Part shown: in pieces, positions 38,632 to 47,699 of the stretch
How positions within the stretch are numbered: position 1 is the stretch's first letter
How the letters are laid out: every line of letters starts with the position of its first letter
Source: Deltaproteobacteria bacterium
GTDB taxonomy: Bacteria > Desulfobacterota > Syntrophia > Syntrophales > UBA2210
Length of the DNA: 62,737 nt
Direction: 5' to 3'
Assembly (NCBI GenBank): GCA_016933215.1
Contig: JAFGBH010000056.1
Span: forward strand, 1 to 62,737
Notes under the pieces: model-generated
The model's database searches: none
What the model was told of the DNA's origin: nothing
The model's input: only the letters and a program-made list of their open reading frames with translations
Made by a program: the position numbers and the translations under genes

Positions 38632-39381
38632 TCAGTCGATGTTTCCCGCTTCGTCTTTGATAACCTTCATCGGATAAGTCTTTACGATTGTTTCATCTAT
38701 CCACTTGCAGGCATCGACGGGAGACAGCTTCCAGTTGGTGGGACAGGGAGAAAGCACTTCAATAAGTGAAAAACCCAGACCCGCCATCTGAATCTTGAAA
38801 GCCTTTTTAATGGCTTTTTTTGTCTTTCTTATGTTCTTGGGTGAATTCACGGACGTACGCTCGATATAAACACTTCCTTTTGTAATGGCGAGCATCTCAC
38901 TTAAATCGATGGGTGTGCCATCTCGTAATGAATCGCGACCGCCCGGAGTTGTTGAGGAGTTCTGACCGAGAATGGTAGTGGGAGCCATCTGACCGCCCGT
39001 CATTCCGTAACAGCTGTTATTTACGAATATAATGGTTATGTTTTCGCCCCTGTTTGCGGCATGAATCGTTTCCGCTGTTCCTATGGCGGCAATATCTCCG
39101 TCTCCCTGGTATGAGAATACTATCCTGTCGGGAAGTGCTCGTTTGACACCCGTTGCAACAGCGGCACCCCTGCCGTGAGGCGCTTCGCACATGTCGAGAT
39201 CGAAATAATCATAGGCCAGAACAGCACAACCTGCCGGAGGTACGCCAATGGTCTTTTCAGCGATATCAAGCTCTTCTATTACCTCAGCCACCAGACGGTG
39301 AATAATGCTGTGACCGCACCCGGGGCAGTAGTGAAATACTGCGTCTTTAAGATATTTTGGTCTTTGGAATATCTGTTTCAT
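38632..39381 (-). CDS. 2-oxoacid:ferredoxin oxidoreductase beta subunit (ThDP-binding)
   Basis: YCPGCGH, HGRGAAVATG, YQGDGD...NN..YGMTGGQ, SPCPTNW. Confidence 0.92.
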   Translation of the reverse strand: MKQIFQRPKYLKDAVFHYCPGCGHSIIHRLVAEVIEELDIAEKTIGVPPAGCAVLAYDYFDLDMCEAPHGRGAAVATGVKRALPDRIVFSYQGDGDIAAIGTAETIHAANRGENITIIFVNNSCYGMTGGQMAPTTILGQNSSTTPGGRDSLRDGTPIDLSEMLAITKGSVYIERTSVNSPKNIRKTKKAIKKAFKIQMAGLGFSLIEVLSPCPTNWKLSPVDACKWIDETIVKTYPMKVIKDEAGNID

Positions 39382-39387
39382 CAGCCC

Positions 39388-40467
39388 CTATTCCTCTTCC
39401 AGATGCTGGCGGTAATAAATGCTGCTGATTTCCTTCGAAATTTCATCAGGTGTGGAGATGATACCGCCTGGCCGGCCATAGAAATGGATAGTGCTCCTAC
39501 CTTCAAGCGAGAGCCTGACATCCTCGATCATCTGGCCGGTGTTCATCTCAAATACGAGGAAATGCTTAACTACCCTGCTCATCTCAAGGAGTTCTTTACT
39601 TGGAAAAGGATAGAGCGTGATTGGCCTGAAAAGTCCCACCTTCAATCCCATTTCCCGGACCCTTTTAATGGCACCCTTGGCAATCCGGGCAGCCGTTCCG
39701 TATGCAATGACCACCATATTGGCATCTTCTGTGAGATATGATTCGGCAGTAGTGATTTCGCGTGCAATATTTTCGTATTTTCGTGCCAGCTTCCAGTTAT
39801 GATCTTCCATTTCCCTGGTATTGAGAATCAGGGATTTAATAATACGGCTCGGTCGCCCCTTGGCACCGTCGAGTATCCAGGGTTTTGGAGGCAAATCGAG
39901 GGCATCGATGGGATCGGGAAATATCACTGGTTCCATCATCTGCCCCATCATTCCGTCAACGAGGATCAAAACTGGTGTGCGGTATTTGTCGGCATATTCA
40001 AACGCCTTTCGCGTGAGATCAGCTTGCTCCTGACCGGAAGCGGGTGCGAGGACAATGGATCGGTAATCGCCATGACCGCCGCCACGTGTGGCCTGAAAAT
40101 AGTCACCCTGTGAGGGGGCAATATTTCCGAGTCCCGGTCCACCTCTCATGGTGTTCACGATTACGGCGGGAAGCTCGGAAGCTGCAAGAAAGGAGATTCC
40201 CTCCTGTTTAAGGCTCAGGCCGGGGCTTGAGGAACTCGTCATTGAACGAACACCTGCGGTTGAAGCACCCAATACCATATTGATAGCGGCGATTTCGCTT
40301 TCTGCCTGGATAAACGTTCCGTCAGAAAGCTCTGCCATGGCGTTTGCCATATATTCGGTCATCTCGTTTTGCGGGGTGATCGGATAGCCGGCATAAAACC
40401 TGCAGCCTGCGCGAATGGCTGCTTCAGCGATAACCTGACTTCCCCTCATTAATTGTTTTTCACTCAC
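39388..40467 (-). CDS. vorB: 2-oxoacid:ferredoxin oxidoreductase alpha subunit, Vor (2-ketoisovalerate) type
   Basis: YAGYPITPQNE, QAESEIAA, SSSPGLSLKQE, RGGPGLGNIAPSQGDY. Confidence 0.88.
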   Translation of the reverse strand: MSEKQLMRGSQVIAEAAIRAGCRFYAGYPITPQNEMTEYMANAMAELSDGTFIQAESEIAAINMVLGASTAGVRSMTSSSSPGLSLKQEGISFLAASELPAVIVNTMRGGPGLGNIAPSQGDYFQATRGGGHGDYRSIVLAPASGQEQADLTRKAFEYADKYRTPVLILVDGMMGQMMEPVIFPDPIDALDLPPKPWILDGAKGRPSRIIKSLILNTREMEDHNWKLARKYENIAREITTAESYLTEDANMVVIAYGTAARIAKGAIKRVREMGLKVGLFRPITLYPFPSKELLEMSRVVKHFLVFEMNTGQMIEDVRLSLEGRSTIHFYGRPGGIISTPDEISKEISSIYYRQHLEEE

Positions 40468-40702
40468 GGTAAACCTCTATCGCAATATCGGGACACACAA
40501 GTGCACAGAGGGCACAACCAGTGCAACCCTTATCGCTTTCGCCATCGCCGGGATTTGAAAATACTGCGGGGTAATAGCCCTTCTGATTTAATTTGTCTGA
40601 AATAGAAATAAGCTGGTTCGGGCATGCCGATATGCAGAGATGACAACCCTTGCACAATTCCCTGTCAATCGTGATTGTGCCTCTCATCTTTTTCTTGCCC
40701 AT
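40460..40702 (-). CDS. 4Fe-4S dicluster ferredoxin (delta subunit)
   Basis: CKGCHLCISAC and CTGCALCALVCPD. Confidence 0.9.
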   Translation of the reverse strand: MGKKKMRGTITIDRELCKGCHLCISACPNQLISISDKLNQKGYYPAVFSNPGDGESDKGCTGCALCALVCPDIAIEVYRE

Positions 40703-40740
40703 ATCCTTTTAGCCAATCTTCCTAAAGCATTCCAGAGTCA

Positions 40741-40916
40741 CTGAACTGAACAGCGACCGCATAAAAACTAACATTTTCCTTAATCCCGACAATCAGGATA
40801 AGTAAATTAAAGGATTAATTTTCTGCCAGAAAACACAGAAAATAAATCCTAACGGACTAAACAATCGGAGATACCCCGCAACTATCGGAGTTATAAGGGA
40901 TTGCGGGGAGCTTCAA
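40741..40916 (+). mobile_element. Miniature IS200/IS605-like element, family A copy 2 (left hairpin missing)
   Basis: CTGAA|CTGAACAGCGACCGCATAA...middle module...CCCCGCAAC...TTGCGGGGAGCTTCAA. Confidence 0.8.
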
Positions 40917-41169
40917 TTTTGCGTTGCGGAATATTGGTTTTTTCACCGTACCAATTTATATATATGGGCATGAGTAAATATGCTTCGTTTTAAAATTTGT
41001 CAAGCTTTTTAAATATCTAATTTAAAATAAATTCAAGTCAAATTACATTACCTCGACCTAAGTTGGCTATTATCTCCAACATTATAGCAGAAAATATGTA
41101 ATTATATCATATAAATAAAAGACCACCATGGGTCGCATGCGATATGGTCTGTATCGATAAAAACTCTTG

Positions 41170-41293
41170 TTGTTACTACGGCAATTAAATATATCAAATG
41201 TCATACCGGACTTGATCCGGCATCCAGGCTAATTCTAAATTCCGGCTTCCGCCGGAATGACGGGCTTGACGTCTGTTATTGCCGGAGTAATAA
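41170..41293. mobile_element. MITE-like element with terminal inverted repeats and internal REP-like hairpins (family C)
   Basis: TTGTTACTACGGCAAT ... ATTGCCGGAGTAATAA (14/16 inverted match) around GTCATACCGGACTTGATCCGGCATCC and ATTCCGGCTTCCGCCGGAATGAC. Confidence 0.6.
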
Positions 41294-41375
41294 GCTCCTC
41301 GGTTATAATTTATGATATAGATGTTGACTGACCCTATAATATTTTATAGGTTTTGGCGGAAACAAAGTGCTCTAT

Positions 41376-41426
41376 TTGACCGGGGGCGCACCCGCAAGCC
41401 GCGCCCTCTGGGCGGGGAGATTCACA
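41376..41426 (+). repeat. 51-bp dispersed repeat, family B copy 1
   Basis: 46/51 identical to 51991-52041; TTGAC...CGCCC-TCT-GGGCG...TTCAC. Confidence 0.8.
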
Positions 41427-41458
41427 ATTCATAAAAGGGGAGAGAACAAAATCGACCA

Positions 41459-42259
41459 ATGTTAGAAATAGCAGAATTTGAAGATATTACTCAGATCAGG
41501 ATGAGCAGGGTGTTGGATGGAGTGCCGATATACTGGGTGTCCGCCTATCTTGTGGACGGTCTTTTAATCGATACGGGTTGCAGTTATACGGCGGAGGAGC
41601 TGGCTTCCTATCTTAAGGATAGAAAAATTGATATGGCCGTCAACACTCATTTCCATGAGGACCACGTCGGGTGTAATTACCTTATAAACGATATGGTTGG
41701 CGGAGCCATATACGCCCATCCGGAATCTATCCCTCTGATCGGCAAAGAGGCCTTTCTGTACCCTTATCAGGAAACGGTGTGGGGATATCCGGTACCAACG
41801 GAGGTACAATCCATTCCAGAAGTGATAAAAACGAAACATTTTACTTTTGAGGTAATAGAAACGCCCGGTCATAGCGTGGGTCACGTAGCCCTCCTGGAAA
41901 AGAATAAAGGCTGGTGTTTTTCGGGCGACATATTTTCAAGAGAAACACTGAAGTTTATCAGGCCGGAAGAGGATATGGGCGTAACGATAGACTCGATGAA
42001 AAAACTCATGGACTATGATACCGAGAGACTGATACTCTTTACATCCGTGGGTAAGATAATCGAGGACGGTCGGGGCGCTTTCAAACGATGTATCAGCTAT
42101 CTTGAAGACCTTTCAGGAAAGGCAAAGAGGCTGAGAAATGATGGACAGACGATTGAGAAAATCATAGCGGAACTTTTTGGCGGTGAGCATGACTTTGTGG
42201 AGCTGACCAACGGCCAGTACACGACAGAGAATCTCGTGCGATCGGTCCTCAGTATGTAA
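41459..42259 (+). CDS. Metallo-beta-lactamase-fold hydrolase
   Basis: LLIDTG, THFHEDHVG, TPGHSVGH, FSGD. Confidence 0.88.
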   Translation: MLEIAEFEDITQIRMSRVLDGVPIYWVSAYLVDGLLIDTGCSYTAEELASYLKDRKIDMAVNTHFHEDHVGCNYLINDMVGGAIYAHPESIPLIGKEAFLYPYQETVWGYPVPTEVQSIPEVIKTKHFTFEVIETPGHSVGHVALLEKNKGWCFSGDIFSRETLKFIRPEEDMGVTIDSMKKLMDYDTERLILFTSVGKIIEDGRGAFKRCISYLEDLSGKAKRLRNDGQTIEKIIAELFGGEHDFVELTNGQYTTENLVRSVLSM

Positions 42260-42296
42260 CAATTGATCGAGAATGCTGCTTTTTTCTTGAGTTAGT

Positions 42297-42493
42297 TTGA
42301 ACTGAGAAGCGAGCGCAATCCCCGCTTTATGAGGCGGGGTTAGCGAACGAATACAAAATAAACACTTTCCTTAATCCCGACAATCGGGATAAGTGAGGTA
42401 ACAAATTTATTTTCTGCCAGAAAACACAGAAAATAAATCCTAACTTACTTAACAGTCGGAGATTCCCCGCAACTTCTTGCGGGGGAACTTCAA
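42297..42493 (+). mobile_element. Miniature IS200/IS605-like element, family A copy 3 (complete)
   Basis: TTGAA|CTGAGAAGCGAGCGCA-hairpin...ATCCCGA-CAA-TCGGGAT...ATTTATTTTCTG/CAGAAAATAAAT...CCCCGCAA-CTTC-TTGCGGGG-GAACTTCAA. Confidence 0.82.
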
Positions 42494-42522
42494 TGCTTAT
42501 AAATCCTAAGGGGGGAAATTCC

Positions 42523-43596
42523 ATGCCAAAGAAAATAAGTATTGTACTACTTCTGCTGTTACTCATACTGGTTTTGATCTTTGTTTTTAAAGAGACGCCC
42601 GTTAATTCCGTTCCCTACACGCCGCCTGCGGCACCTGATTTGGCCGGTATCCTTGCACCCAATAATCTTTTAAAAAATTCCGAGATTATTGCCGCGGGCA
42701 GGATAAACGGTCCCGAAGATGTGGCTGTCGATGAGAATGGGCGTTTATACGGGGGGACACACGACGGCGAGATTATTCGCATCTGGCCCGATGGAAAAAT
42801 TGAGACTTTTGCGGTAACCGATGGTCGTCCTCTTGGGCTCCACTTTGATGGGGAAGGAAATCTTATTGTATGTGATGCATACAAGGGGCTTCTTGCTATC
42901 GATAGAGAGGGGAATGTTACCATTCTTGCTCAATCGGCTGATGGCGTTCCCTTTAAATTTACCGATGATCTCGATATTGCGAGTGACGGTACCATCTATT
43001 TCTCCGACGCAAGCGATACCTTTGACCACGCTCATTATCTCTTCGATCTGGTGGAATCACGGCCTCATGGCAGACTGATGAGTTACGATCCTGCCGACGG
43101 TACGGTTCAAGTCCTGTTAAGCAATCTCTATTTTGCCAACGGTGTGGCCCTTTCGGAGAATGAAGATTTTGTCCTCGTGAACGAGACATACCGATACCGG
43201 ATCATCCGTTACTGGCTCAGGGGGCCGAAGGCGGGAACACGTGATATTTTCGCCGACAATCTGCCCGGGTTTCCCGACGGGATATCGGCGAACAGAAAGG
43301 GTACGTTCTGGTTGGCGCTCTTCACCGTTCGCAACCCCATTATGGACACAATTTACCCCTATCCCTTTCTCAAGACCCTTTTAGCAAAACTTCCGGCGTC
43401 GCTGTGGCCGAAACCGAAACCTTACGGTTTTGTACTGGCCTTCGATGAGGAGGGTAATATTATTAAAAATCTCCAGGAGCCAACGGGTAAATATCTTCGG
43501 GAAATTACCTCGGTTCAGGAACATGAAGGGTACCTCTATCTGGGGAGCCTCCATAACGACAGGATCGGCAGGTATAGACTGCCCAAAGCGAAATAA
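42523..43596 (+). CDS. SMP-30/gluconolactonase/strictosidine-synthase-like beta-propeller protein with N-terminal anchor
   Basis: GPEDV, GRPLGLHF, FTDDLDI..DG.IYFSDAS, FANGVALS, LPGFPDGI; likely ATG 42523. Confidence 0.88.
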   Translation: MPKKISIVLLLLLLILVLIFVFKETPVNSVPYTPPAAPDLAGILAPNNLLKNSEIIAAGRINGPEDVAVDENGRLYGGTHDGEIIRIWPDGKIETFAVTDGRPLGLHFDGEGNLIVCDAYKGLLAIDREGNVTILAQSADGVPFKFTDDLDIASDGTIYFSDASDTFDHAHYLFDLVESRPHGRLMSYDPADGTVQVLLSNLYFANGVALSENEDFVLVNETYRYRIIRYWLRGPKAGTRDIFADNLPGFPDGISANRKGTFWLALFTVRNPIMDTIYPYPFLKTLLAKLPASLWPKPKPYGFVLAFDEEGNIIKNLQEPTGKYLREITSVQEHEGYLYLGSLHNDRIGRYRLPKAK

Positions 43597-43609
43597 AGGA
43601 GGAACGTGT

Positions 43610-44503
43610 ATGTCAAGATTATTGAATATCCTCGGATGTAGCTATCCAATCATTCAGGGCCCCATTGGGGCAATGAACAGTCCTGAAATGGTGGCGGCAA
43701 TCTCTGAGGCGGGGGCATTTGGAATGCTGGCTCTGGGATTCACCCCTAATGCGGAAGAAGCTAAAAAACTGGTGGGAGCTGTGAGGAATCTGACGGATAA
43801 GCCCTTCGGTGCAAATCTTATGACAATGAATCCCGCAAACCCGGAGATTCTGAAAATTCTTGCGGAAGCAGGAGTAAAAACCGTAACGTCCTCGGCGGGT
43901 TCTGCGAAAAATCTTTACCCGGTCATTCATGAGATGGGGATGAAGGGGTTTCATGTTGTCCTCGCCCTTTCATATGCCCTAAAGGCCGAAGATGCCGGTG
44001 CCGATGGTATCGTAATATCCGGTTCGGAATCGGGAGGACTGCGCTCTGTAAAGCAGGAATCCTCGAATATGATACTTATTCCTATGGCGGTGGATAATGT
44101 AAAAGTGCCCGTGGTTGCGGCGGGAGGCATTGCCGATTCGCGCGGTTACAGGGCAGCACTCGCTTTGGGTGCCGAAGGTGTTCAGGTAGGCACCCGCTTT
44201 CTGATATCGGAGGAGAGTCCGGCACCAAAGGCATGGAAGGAAGCGATACTCAACTGCGCTGAAGGGAATACGGCGCTTTTGCCGCTGGGAAATATGATGA
44301 TGAGGGTTATTATGAACCCCAAACTCAAGGAGCAGATGAGCAATCCGGAAACGGATCTTATGAAGGAATACAATCTCATGAATGCACCCGAGGCATGGGG
44401 TACGGGAAACTTCGACCTTTTTCCCGCTGGCGGCGGGCAGGTGAGCGCCCTCATTCGCGAAATCAAACCGGTAAAGGAAATCATAGAGGAGATGGTGTCA
44501 TAG
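43610..44503 (+). CDS. Nitronate monooxygenase / FabK-like flavin oxidoreductase
   Basis: PIIQGP, ESGG, PVVAAGGIAD, LGAEGVQVGTRF; start ATG 43610 after AAGGAGG (ORF track over-extended to 43430). Confidence 0.88.
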   Translation: MSRLLNILGCSYPIIQGPIGAMNSPEMVAAISEAGAFGMLALGFTPNAEEAKKLVGAVRNLTDKPFGANLMTMNPANPEILKILAEAGVKTVTSSAGSAKNLYPVIHEMGMKGFHVVLALSYALKAEDAGADGIVISGSESGGLRSVKQESSNMILIPMAVDNVKVPVVAAGGIADSRGYRAALALGAEGVQVGTRFLISEESPAPKAWKEAILNCAEGNTALLPLGNMMMRVIMNPKLKEQMSNPETDLMKEYNLMNAPEAWGTGNFDLFPAGGGQVSALIREIKPVKEIIEEMVS

Positions 44504-44759
44504 CGATTACCATCCTGAAACAGGCGCGGGCATGCACAATGCCGCGCCACATCCGACCGCTGCATCGACAATTCTTTCAGATAAGTGGCGATAGCGAATA
44601 TTTCTGATACACCGCGTCTCATCTTCATGTCTCTTTTTGCATCCTGTCTTATATTAAACTATCAGTATATTTATAAGATATTGTATTATATTTAGTAAAA
44701 TAATGTAAGTAATTGTAAAAAATGTAATATTATATAGTGTAACCGTGATAAATAATTTA

Positions 44760-44800
44760 TTGACTTACTATAGATAGCAATATATTATACTGATGGTATA
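44760..44800 (+). promoter_or_regulatory. Candidate promoter and palindromic operator upstream of the TetR/GRE cluster
   Basis: TTGACT-N17-TATTAT, with TATAC-TGATG-GTATA (44786-44800) overlapping the -10/+1 region. Confidence 0.45.
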
Positions 44801-44855
44801 CATAATGACTGTGATTAATAGCTGGATTGTATCGTAGCTATAATGTGGGAGAGAG

Positions 44856-45512
44856 ATGACAGGGAAACAGGGTTTTAATAAGAAAATGAAACAGCTTGTG
44901 ATTACGCAGGCTGCGAAGGAATTATTTCTTGAACATGGGTACGGTACGATTACCGTCGATCGAATTGCTGAGAGGGCAGGGGTGACCAAGAGGACACTGT
45001 ATAGCCATTACCCGTCGAAACTGGCACTCTTTGTACATGTCTTCGATGATTATTTACAGCAGTTGCATACCGAGATGGTGGCGGTTCTCGATGAAGGCCA
45101 TAGACTTGACATATTACTGAGAAGACTCACTGCCACCCTCTTTGAATTTACCAAAAGGAATGAAAAATTTATGCGCCTTTTCTGGACCCTCGGTACCGAC
45201 GAGTTTGACGGTCTGATCCCCGAAGAACTGGTTAATCGTATCAAGATGTGGAACAGGGTCCTGATCGATGAGGTTGTGAAGGTGAGTGAAGAGCCTCAGA
45301 ACAGGGGACTCATGAAAGACTATGATCCTGAACTTCTCTTTCATCTGATGTCTGCCATCAATAAGGGTATATTTCTCCATACAAATAAATCTTATCGATT
45401 CAAGATCGCCTCGCTTGATCCTGAAGAACTTTACGGCCTGATGATAGATCTTGTCGAGAAGGGTCTCTTCGGAGAATCGGATCAAAAGCGGTATGTTTCT
45501 CCGCCGGGATAA
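44856..45512 (+). CDS. TetR/AcrR family transcriptional regulator
   Basis: AAKELFLEHGY..ITVDRIAERAGVTKRTLYSHYPSKLAL. Confidence 0.92.
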   Translation: MTGKQGFNKKMKQLVITQAAKELFLEHGYGTITVDRIAERAGVTKRTLYSHYPSKLALFVHVFDDYLQQLHTEMVAVLDEGHRLDILLRRLTATLFEFTKRNEKFMRLFWTLGTDEFDGLIPEELVNRIKMWNRVLIDEVVKVSEEPQNRGLMKDYDPELLFHLMSAINKGIFLHTNKSYRFKIASLDPEELYGLMIDLVEKGLFGESDQKRYVSPPG

Positions 45513-45544
45513 ACGTTGCTGGTTACAAAGGAGGGAACAGTACG

Positions 45545-46534
45545 ATGGATTTTGACGGAATAACACTGGTTACCGGTGCTGCCGGTTTCATGGGGAGCCA
45601 TCTTGTCGAATACCTGGCAAAGCTTGGGGTTCGTGTCAGGGCAACGGCGAGACCTCGAAAAGATATATCTTTCTTCAATAATCTGGGAGTGGAATATGTT
45701 GGAGCGGATCTAACGAAGCCGGAAACCATTCCACCCCTTTTTGAGGGGAATGTTGACAGGTTGTTTCACCTCGGTGCCGTCTGCAACTTTTCCACCCCCT
45801 ATGAAGAACTCTATCCGATAAATGTAAAGGGCGTGGAACTCATCACCAAACACGCCCTTGAAGCCAAAGTGAAACGCTATATCCATGTCGGTTCCACCAG
45901 CGTTTATGCACAGTATAACGGAACACCCTTTTCTGAGGATTATCGTCAGGACCCACCTAATTCCTACGGGAAAAGCAAGCGTGACGGTGAGAAGGTAATA
46001 CGGAAGCGGATTGGCGAAGGGCTTCCCACTATCATTACAAGGCCTTGTACCGTCTACGGCCCCCGGTGTACCGACGGGGCAGGCAAGGCCTTTTCGCGAC
46101 CCACATCGATAACGGCAATTCCGGGAAGCGGAAGGCAACTCCTTTCCAATGTGAGGGCAGAAGACGTTGCCGCTGCCGTGGAACACCTCTCTCATCTTGA
46201 TGAAGCCGTCGGTGAGGCCTACAATATTTCTGATAACAGCAATCCGACACTGGAAGAGGCGTTGACTCTCGCGTCAGAGGCGTTCGGAATGAAGGCGCCG
46301 AAAATTCATCTTCCGCTGGGAATCGTCAAGATCGCTGCCCGTGTCGATGGATTCGTATCGAAGATGAGGGGAAAGGTTCCCGATCTGGAATATGATGCCG
46401 TCAATTACCTCTATGACAATTATGTGGTGGACAACACAAAACTGAAAAAAACGGGGTATAATTTCATCTATCCCGATTTTCGAGAATCAATGAAGCAGAT
46501 GGGGAAATGGTACGCAAGTCAGGTATGTCAATGA
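45545..46534 (+). CDS. Extended SDR (NAD-dependent epimerase/dehydratase, 3beta-HSD-like)
   Basis: TGAAGFMG, FHLGA, STSVY, YGKSK, RPCTVYGP. Confidence 0.88.
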   Translation: MDFDGITLVTGAAGFMGSHLVEYLAKLGVRVRATARPRKDISFFNNLGVEYVGADLTKPETIPPLFEGNVDRLFHLGAVCNFSTPYEELYPINVKGVELITKHALEAKVKRYIHVGSTSVYAQYNGTPFSEDYRQDPPNSYGKSKRDGEKVIRKRIGEGLPTIITRPCTVYGPRCTDGAGKAFSRPTSITAIPGSGRQLLSNVRAEDVAAAVEHLSHLDEAVGEAYNISDNSNPTLEEALTLASEAFGMKAPKIHLPLGIVKIAARVDGFVSKMRGKVPDLEYDAVNYLYDNYVVDNTKLKKTGYNFIYPDFRESMKQMGKWYASQVCQ

Positions 46535-46600
46535 AGCTAATCTTTTCAAAGATGCACCCTTTCGTCATTGGAACGACTGGGTAAAAGGAGGGTCGATTCT

Positions 46601-47431
46601 ATGAAGAAATCAGTGGTCATTACCGGTCTGGCCCAGGGAATGGGCCGTGAGGTGGCGAAAATTGTCGCAAGTTCCGGATGGAATGTGGCGGGCTTTGACG
46701 TGGATGGCGAGGGGATTGCGTCTCTCGGGGAAGAGCTGAGATCGATAGGGGGCGACCACCTGCTTGAGATCATGGACATAACGGACCGGCCCGGAATTCT
46801 GGCCTTTCGTGATCGGGTTTTGGAAAAATTCGGCAGTGTCAATACGGTGCTCTCCAACGTGGGGATCGGATTTTTCGGACCCTTTGAGGAGGTGGACCTC
46901 GAAAAGGCTCTTAAGTGCCTCGAGATCAATGTAATAGGCGCTTCCGCCATATTTCAGGCATTTATCCCGTCGATGCGTGAGCAACGATACGGGAAACTTA
47001 TTGCCATGTCATCCCTCGTGGGGCAGGTACCCTTTCCCTTTGAATCCATTTATTCGGCAAGCAAGTTTGCTATCGAAGGGCTTGTCCTGTCGCTGCGATA
47101 CGAAGTGGAACCCTTCGGGATCAGTGTTGCCCTTGTCGAACCGGCTCAGGTTTCCACCACATTTGCCGCAAAGATTCATGTGCTTCCACCGGAGGGGTCT
47201 CCCTACAGGGAACGGGCCAGGCGCTTTATCGAGAGGGATGATGAACTGATAAAAACCGCTCCCAATCCTCTGCAGGCGTCGCAGAAGATCGCAAAGTTAA
47301 TACAGGCCGATAAAGTAAAGCTTCATAACCAGGTGGATTTCATGAGTACTTTTTTCCTCTTTCTGAACAAATTTCTTCCCCGGTCTATGAGGGATGCAAT
47401 CTTGCTGAATCATATGGATATTAAAGTTTAA
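46601..47431 (+). CDS. Short-chain dehydrogenase/reductase
   Basis: TGLAQGMG, NVGIG, YSASKFA, VEP; start ATG 46601 after AGGAGG. Confidence 0.9.
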   Translation: MKKSVVITGLAQGMGREVAKIVASSGWNVAGFDVDGEGIASLGEELRSIGGDHLLEIMDITDRPGILAFRDRVLEKFGSVNTVLSNVGIGFFGPFEEVDLEKALKCLEINVIGASAIFQAFIPSMREQRYGKLIAMSSLVGQVPFPFESIYSASKFAIEGLVLSLRYEVEPFGISVALVEPAQVSTTFAAKIHVLPPEGSPYRERARRFIERDDELIKTAPNPLQASQKIAKLIQADKVKLHNQVDFMSTFFLFLNKFLPRSMRDAILLNHMDIKV

Positions 47432-47478
47432 TGTAGTACAATACAGATTAATTATTTTTAAAACGGGGGAAAATGGTT

Positions 47479-47688
47479 TTGAACTGAGCAGCGAGCGCAT
47501 ATCCCGTTGATTGCAGCAGGGTATGCGAGCGAATAAGAAATAACATTTTCCTTAATCCCGACAATCGGGATAAGTGAGTTAACGAATTTATTTTCTGCCA
47601 GAAAACACAGAAAATAAATCCTAACTTTCTAAACAATCGGAGATTCCACGCAACTGTCGGAGTTATAAGGGATTGCGGGAAGCTTCAA
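47479..47688 (+). mobile_element. Miniature IS200/IS605-like element, family A copy 4 (complete, longest)
   Basis: TTGAA|CTGAGCAGCGAGCGCA...GCGGGAAGCTTCAA, all three modules present. Confidence 0.82.
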
Positions 47689-47699
47689 AGGAGATCGTG

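Noticed and set aside
41125-41148. Palindrome TCGCATGCGA in the vor upstream region
   Set aside because: A single 10-bp palindrome with asymmetric flanks, no second copy and no assignable regulator
43430-43609. ORF-track N-terminal extensions (43430, and likewise 42493, 46568, 47673, 51102, 51991, 61921)
   Set aside because: They overlap upstream genes or repeats; downstream starts have clear RBSs and match the family N-termini
42327-47636. Two similar small ORFs (42327-42566 and 47448-47636, ...KLGFIFCVFWQKIN...) that look like a gene family
   Set aside because: They are translations of the family A repeat's middle module on the minus strand, with different starts and ends
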